Source of the DNA: Klebsormidium nitens
Taxonomy: Eukaryota; Plantae; Klebsormidiophyceae
NCBI GenBank assembly: GCA_000708835.1
Contig: DF236953.1
Coordinates: forward strand, 358,990 to 422,989
Direction of reading: 5' to 3'
Length of the DNA: 64,000 nt
The notes beneath the pieces are model-generated. The model saw only the letters and a list, made by a program, of their open reading frames with translations, had not been told where the DNA came from and did not search any database. Shown here in pieces: positions 58,219-64,000 of this stretch. The position numbers were made by a program, and so were the translations under genes. Each line of letters starts with the position of its first letter. The first letter of the stretch is position 1.

Positions 58219-61200
58219 ATGGCACCAGGAGTGTGGGCCTCCCACGCCCTGGCTTCTCGTCAGCAATGGACTCGCCGCTTGATCGCATCAGTGTGGCGAA
58301 CGCCCCAGCCTCTCCTTCAAGAACAGCTCAGTCTGCGGGGCTTCTCCAGCGTCTGGCTGGACGTTGCGGACGACATCGGACGCCCTTCTGATGACAGTGG
58401 ACGCTCTTCGGACCAGCACCGGACACGCGTTTTGCCCAAGGCTCAGAGGGGGCCTGAAAGTGCGCATGGGTCAGCAGAGGCGCCAGTGCATTCAACGCTC
58501 ATGGAAGATGCAAATCAGCAAGGTTTCTCGGGGGATAGTGAAGAGCGCGGTGGTAATGGGCCCTTGTCTCTGACAAACGGCGGGCATCAAACGGTCCCGC
58601 AGAAAGAGGGGTTCACTTTACCGGGGAAAGGAAGAACCCCAAAACTGCCCCTTCAAACAGTGGCCCGTCCTACACAAGGACGGGTGTCGGTACGAGCCGT
58701 AACCACCAAGCTTCCTGAAACTGGCTTGGAAACAGCTGCCCCAGATCTGAAGGCCTGGGCAGCGAGGAGAGTCCTGGGAGACAGGGCCCGGTTTGAGGGG
58801 AGGAAGGAGAATGTGGGAAAAGCACGCCTCCAAGAAAGTCAACAAGGGATTGCAGGGGAGAGTGTGCCGAGTGGGGACAAGGAGGCGCCAGCAGGCAAGT
58901 GAGTGCAGCCTTCGCATGAATGATGAAACAAGGCTTTTATTGTTTGATGATCTCGCCATCAGGTTCTTTCACAAAGAGTGGAAACTTGTAGGATCTGCAC
59001 TGTAAGTCTACCGGTTGTTGTCAACATGTGAAGATCCTTTCCATGCTCTCTTTGGGCATCAATCGGCGGCAGATGCAATCAGCCTTCAAGTATGAATTAG
59101 TCAAACATGACAGTCTCGCACCATTGAATACAACAGAAGAGAAAGAAAGTTGCTAGCACGGACCTCGTCATCCTTCGCAAGCTCACAACACCTAATCCGA
59201 AACAACCCAACCTTTTGCAGCTTCAAGAGACCCCATAAACCATGAAGGCCCGCCTTCTGCATACTTCTTGTCGCAACTTGAGGACTTGCTGCTCGGGAAG
59301 CGGAAGCGGCATGACTTCACGAGAGCTGGCTACAGCATCAAGTTTGATCGCCCCCTTGACAGTCTGCCAGGGTGCAAGGGAGAACGCGCCACTGACAACA
59401 CGGTAGGAAGCGCACTCGTATGGGGATTAAACGCTGATGAGACTGAAGAAAATTTTTCATCTCCCATTCATCGAGTTACTTATTCTGCTTCAATCCTTTC
59501 ATCAGATAGGCGGCTGAGTTGTGACTTACTCATGAAGTTTCTTCACGCGACCTTGATAGTCACCTGTTTGAACGAGGTGATTGCACTCCACTAGCTGACG
59601 CTGCTTCCCGTGAAGACTTGTGAACCAGACTCTCTTTACCAAGGCTAGACAGGCACTCCATAATTCAGGACTGATACGTTCACCGAGTTGGTGTGGCATC
59701 GGAGAATGCCACCCGAAGTCTGAGCTTCAGTCGTCGCGTTCAGTCTACGCAATCCCTGACAGACTGCTTTTGCCTTGTAGGTCTTTGCTGAGGAGCCAAA
59801 GCTCATCGCTGCCGCCCAAGCCCTGAACGAGTTCCCCCCAGCCCACCTTCCAGAGATTGCTTTCGCTGGTGAGACTCCAAGTTCGCCACTGTTGAGTCTG
59901 TTTGGAAGATACTGAGCACTGCGGTCCTCTACCTAAGGCACTTAAGAAAAAAACACTCCATTAACAGGCACAGCCTTGTCAGATGATCATCTACTGGCGA
60001 ATTATCGCAAGTCCGGCTTCCGATCTTGTCCACATGATTGCACCGGGCGCCGAATCGAGGCACTAAGGTCCTGGGAAGCACGTATAAATCTTCAACTAAT
60101 TGGCGGTTCAATAAGGCAAACATGTGGACGATTCTTGTGCCGCTTATCCAGTGATAACACAGCTCGTGTCTGCATGATATATTAAGATTCGTTCTTTGCC
60201 GTAAAGTGTGAGCTCGTGGTGAAAGCATCAGAAAGTGCGCTCGACTCAAAGAACTAGCAAATGTCAACTGGACGATGGAAACGTCTGTCTGTTCAGCTCA
60301 GACTATCGTGCGGCAAATGTCAAAAACAAATTCGAGAAATGACGGAGTCTGCTGCGACTTAAAACCGATCACATAAAGTCATTTCTTGCAGGTCGTTCCA
60401 ATGTCGGAAAGTCTTCGCTCATCAACGCGCTCTCTCGCCGAACGCATGTCACAAGAGTCTCTGACAAGCCGGGAGAAACGCAGGTATGCGAACTTCAATT
60501 CAACTTTCATGTGAAGTGATGAGAGTTGTACGCGTTATTTTACAAAGAAGATCAGTGTCTTCTGCACTTGCCTTTCCACCATCTCGGGGCCACGTGTCAC
60601 AGCCCGCTTCACAGCAGTCCGGTCGTGCAAGATCCGGAAGCGTCGTCTGTTCAGGTCTTGTTCGATTCGAACTTGCAACTAGCATCCAAGTCGGGAGGCG
60701 TTGCGAATGGTGACCCGAAAAAGTGAACCGCAGGGACGGGGAGATTCATAAGAACTTCCGCTTCTTTGCAGAGCATCAACTTCTACGGTATTGGGCCCCG
60801 GCTCTCCCTGGTGGACTTACCCGGGTATGGGTTCGCGTACGCCGCGGATGAGAAACGAGAAAGCTGGTCGCAACTGGTGGGTACCTCTGATCCCTCTTGC
60901 TCGGATCACTTCCGGCCGGTTTCGAGGTCGGATTCTGGGTTGAGTGCTTCACTTCGCAGGTGAACATGGTTGCGTCCGGGCAAGGTTTGCCCGAGCGAGA
61001 AAGAGAGCGGGGGTTTGTAATGCAGTTAGTGTGTCAAACCACGTGCTTCACAAGCAGCAGACTGTCGTTGGGCGCTCGGAACGTCTTTGAACAAGCGAAA
61101 CAACGGTAAGATGAAAGGAGGGAAATGCGAAAATGGGAAGTGAGAAGATTCGCGTCTTGCAGGTGGAAGAGTATCTGCAGACTCGGAAGTCCCTCAAGCG

Positions 61201-62220
61201 GGTAATGCTGCTAATAGACGCACGCCTCCAACTAAAAGCGTCGGACCTCGACGTCATCGATATGCTGGAGAGGTGGGGCTTTTGGGCGCAACGGTCAACC
61301 ATTTTTGTAACATCATGGTTCCTTTTGATAAGGTTCCTACCTGAGTCCTCTGGTGGAAACGAGCCTCAAGGTTGCATCGAGACATTGGGTTGGTGCCCGC
61401 CCGATTTTGCCGCTCTCCCCGTCTCAGACGTGCTTCCACAAACACGTGTCCTTTTCCCCTTCTGGCAGATATCAGTGCAACTGCCACGCGCAGGTGCGGG
61501 TTTGCAACTATAGCTTTGATGAAGATCGACATGGTCTCTCCCCTTTTGTGACTATCTTCTCAATTCGTGCGCTACAAGATTGTAGCGCACGACAAGACCT
61601 TTTGTCACCATGTAGCTTCTTCGTTCACGAAATACATGGAAAGCAAAATTGGATCTGCCGCGCTTTGCAGGAACCGGGTCCGGTACCAGATTGTTCTGAC
61701 CAAGGCCGATATGGTTTCCACTAAGGACCTGGCCCGGCGAGCGACGGCAGCGCAGCAAGAGGTGGACCGGCGAAGCAGCCACGTCAGCCCGCTGGTGAGC
61801 TCATGCTGACGTCAGTTGACGAGATTTTGATGAATGCCGATTGGAAGTTGGGTGCCAATCCTAGTCGTGAACAAGCTTGCTTGGTTAATGTGTGTTTCAG
61901 GAGCCTTTGCAGACTGATTGTCAAGGCACTGAGAGGAAATCTTTCGACGAAGCTGGAGCGTTCGCAGGTTACGTCGGGGAGAAAGGGCGACAATCTTGCA
62001 ATCGGCCGCCCTTTGAGCTCTTCACGAATGTGCAAGACATTCTCGACTCTTAAAACACGACCGGGGGCGTACTTTGAAGACGAAAGGCGGCGGCGCTTTG
62101 GGAAAGTGTAAAGGTAAAAGAGCTTTGTTTCTGGTTTTGCAGGTCATGGTGAGCTCCCAAACCGGCGCTGGCGTTTTGAAGCTCCGTGCGGCGCTCTCTG
62201 GTCTCGCCGTGAGGCTCTGA
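58219..62220 (+). CDS. engB: EngB/YihA/YsxC-family ribosome-biogenesis GTPase, probably organelle-targeted, 8 exons
   Basis: Exons 58219-58894, 59221-59402, 59781-59868 (PEIAFA), 60392-60483 (G1 [15 protein letters not shown]2 KPGET), 60772-60876 (G3 VDLPGYG), 61163-61272 (VMLLIDAR), 61671-61794 (G4 LTKAD), 62143-62220 (VSS). The Arg/Ser-rich N-terminus resembles a transit peptide. Confidence 0.92.
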
Positions 62221-63124
62221 TAAACGATTGAGATACATTACTAGTGGTGATCTCACAGGTTAGTCATGGCAGAGCTGGACTATGTTGCACGCAATTACGC
62301 TTCCGCTTTTCTGCAGCCGGTAATTACGTCGTCAATCGCAGCACCCTCACCGCGGTCATCGTTTGATTGACATGCGGGATCCACATCTCGGAGCTAGTTC
62401 ATCCATCATTGCGCTTATGTCGAAAGCATGCCATGATAATGCCGGGCTGTAGAATGCGATTATTGCATGCCGCAGTGTGGCCTTTTGAAATTTTGGCTTG
62501 AGCTTGCTTTTTAGCAATCTGAGCAGCTGTTTAGGCGTTCTATGACTGCGCGTTCACCGACATCCATTCACGTCGGTGCCTATGTGAAAGTGTGCCACCA
62601 CACCATGATAGCCATTATAACTTCAGAGTACTTGCAATAGGGTGTTCCGATCATGGATGAGTTATCGTAAGCTATAGTGTAAGCACAGCTAGGAAATTCA
62701 TACACGCACATGGCTCCTAGGTTAACCCAGGACTAATTATAATGCATGTGACGCAATGATGTGGTTGTTACCGCCGCACACCATGCATGCATGACCAAAT
62801 AATCAACCATGTGCGCTAGACATCGCATAGCAACAATCTCATTTTGGATCACCATCATCCCAGACAAAATTGAACAATTGCAAGCTAGCCGTTACAATGA
62901 CCATGCGTTGCCACCCTGCGCGCGCTGAGCAGTGCACAAGGCCGCGCTCATTTTGCGACCTCATAATTCAAGCGACGTTAGCCTGCTGCAGTAACACGGA
63001 AGAGCTGGACCCTTCTTCTGCACGGGCTGCGGGCAGCAAAACATCTTTGCAACTTTTGAGTCCTCTGAGATGCTTGTGAGTGTCAAGGTGGCGATACCAT
63101 CGACTGGAAACGACCCTAGCTTGT

Positions 63125-64000
63125 TTATCTCATTGTGCTCCTTGCGTGTATCAACCTCTTCAGAACGGGCATCCACTGGCTGCCCTCGTCCCAGTGCGTG
63201 GTCGTCATCTCAACCTGCACATGCTTCGCTGTCGGGATATCCCCTGCCGCAATCGCCTGCGCGACCCTCTGCAGTTTTTCCGTGAGGGCCGCCGACACGT
63301 CCCCGGTATTCAGCTTCACGAACAGCAGCCCCAACTTTTTGGAGCTGTCCTCCGTCTCTTTCTTCCTGCTGGGGGGCATCGCCCCCGCCACCTCGTCAAA
63401 CAGCTTGGTGATCACAGCAACCACCGGCTTCAGCTCAGCCTTCACTTTCGACACGTCAGCAGTGTGCACCGTGGGGGGAGGGCCGGCAGGCGACCGGGGG
63501 GGGCGCCGTGGGGGGCCGGTTGAGGGGCCACCACGGGAGACACGGGCTGTGTAAATGGAGCGGGGGGTTGGGCCGGGTTTGAAGGGATAAACCGGGGGGG
63601 CGGCGTACTCTGGGTNNNNNNNNNNNNNNNNNNNNGGGGGTTGGGGTCCGGGGTTTGGAAACGGGGAGGTAAACCCGGGGGGGCGGCGGTACGTCGTGGG
63701 TAGTTGAGTACGGCGGCGAGGGGGGGTGGCCGGAGCAACCGCCGGCGGGGGGGCAAAATTGCTAGCGCCACCGGGCGTCCATACCGGGGCCGGGGGCGGG
63801 CCGACGACCGACGGGGTCGGCTGCATGAACTGCTGAGGCGGCCTGAATGACTGGGCCGGCTGCTGCACCCCCGGTTGCATGAAAGGCTGGGGGGGTTGGT
63901 GTCCGTATGCTGGCTGGGCCCCCTGTGCTGCTGCAGGGTTTGGGAGGTTCGGGGCCTCGAACGATTTCGGTTGGAAGCTCGGGGGCGGGCGCTGTGGGGG
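63125..64000 (-). CDS. SEC31: SEC31 COPII outer-coat subunit, 3' terminal exon (partial; continues beyond the window)
   Basis: Pro-rich region followed by TADVSKV...ITKLFDEV...KKETEDSSKKLGLLFVKLNTGDVS...EKLQRVAQAI...VQVEMTTTHWDEGSQWMPVLKRLI, the characteristic Sec31 C-terminal helical domain. Confidence 0.9.
   Translation of the reverse strand, partial: PPQRPPPSFQPKSFEAPNLPNPAAAQGAQPAYGHQPPQPFMQPGVQQPAQSFRPPQQFMQPTPSVVGPPPAPVWTPGGASNFAPPPAVAPATPPRRRTQLPTTYRRPPGFTSPFPNPGPQPXXXXXXXXPEYAAPPVYPFKPGPTPRSIYTARVSRGGPSTGPPRRPPRSPAGPPPTVHTADVSKVKAELKPVVAVITKLFDEVAGAMPPSRKKETEDSSKKLGLLFVKLNTGDVSAALTEKLQRVAQAIAAGDIPTAKHVQVEMTTTHWDEGSQWMPVLKRLIHARSTMR
63616..63635. other. Assembly gap (20 N) within the G-rich SEC31 exon
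   Basis: Run of N in the sequence. True length is unknown. Confidence 0.99.

Noticed and set aside
58917-59000. ATGATGA as a C/D snoRNA box C in an intron
   Set aside because: No properly placed CTGA box D or terminal stem.

Overview
Eukaryotic, intron-rich nuclear DNA with GC-rich exons and GT-AG introns of about 60-1000 bp. Gene content and style suggest a streptophyte green alga such as Klebsormidium (inference). Nine genes were reconstructed by hand from splice sites, in mostly alternating orientation: (+) ALKBH9-like m6A RNA demethylase with very large disordered extensions; (-) secreted root-cap/LEA-related protein probably fused to a domain resembling an Agaricomycete fungal family; (+) orphan with an MGCGC N-terminus and a coiled coil; (-) signal peptide-LamG-GT2-TPR glycosyltransferase; (+) kinesin-8B; (+) BBE-type FAD oxidase; (-) orphan membrane protein; (+) EngB/YihA GTPase; (-) 3' end of SEC31. 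A 327-bp Tourist-like MITE lies in an ALKBH9 intron. The most striking unexplained structure is that many long introns are built from serial, progressively decayed tandem copies ('echoes') of the adjacent exon end plus splice site. The youngest copies differ mostly at synonymous positions and some form in-frame pseudo-exons. Spacers also differ in composition: GTAC-rich between some divergent genes, TGCA/CATG-rich between convergent genes. Most short ORFs in the track are antisense or intronic noise.
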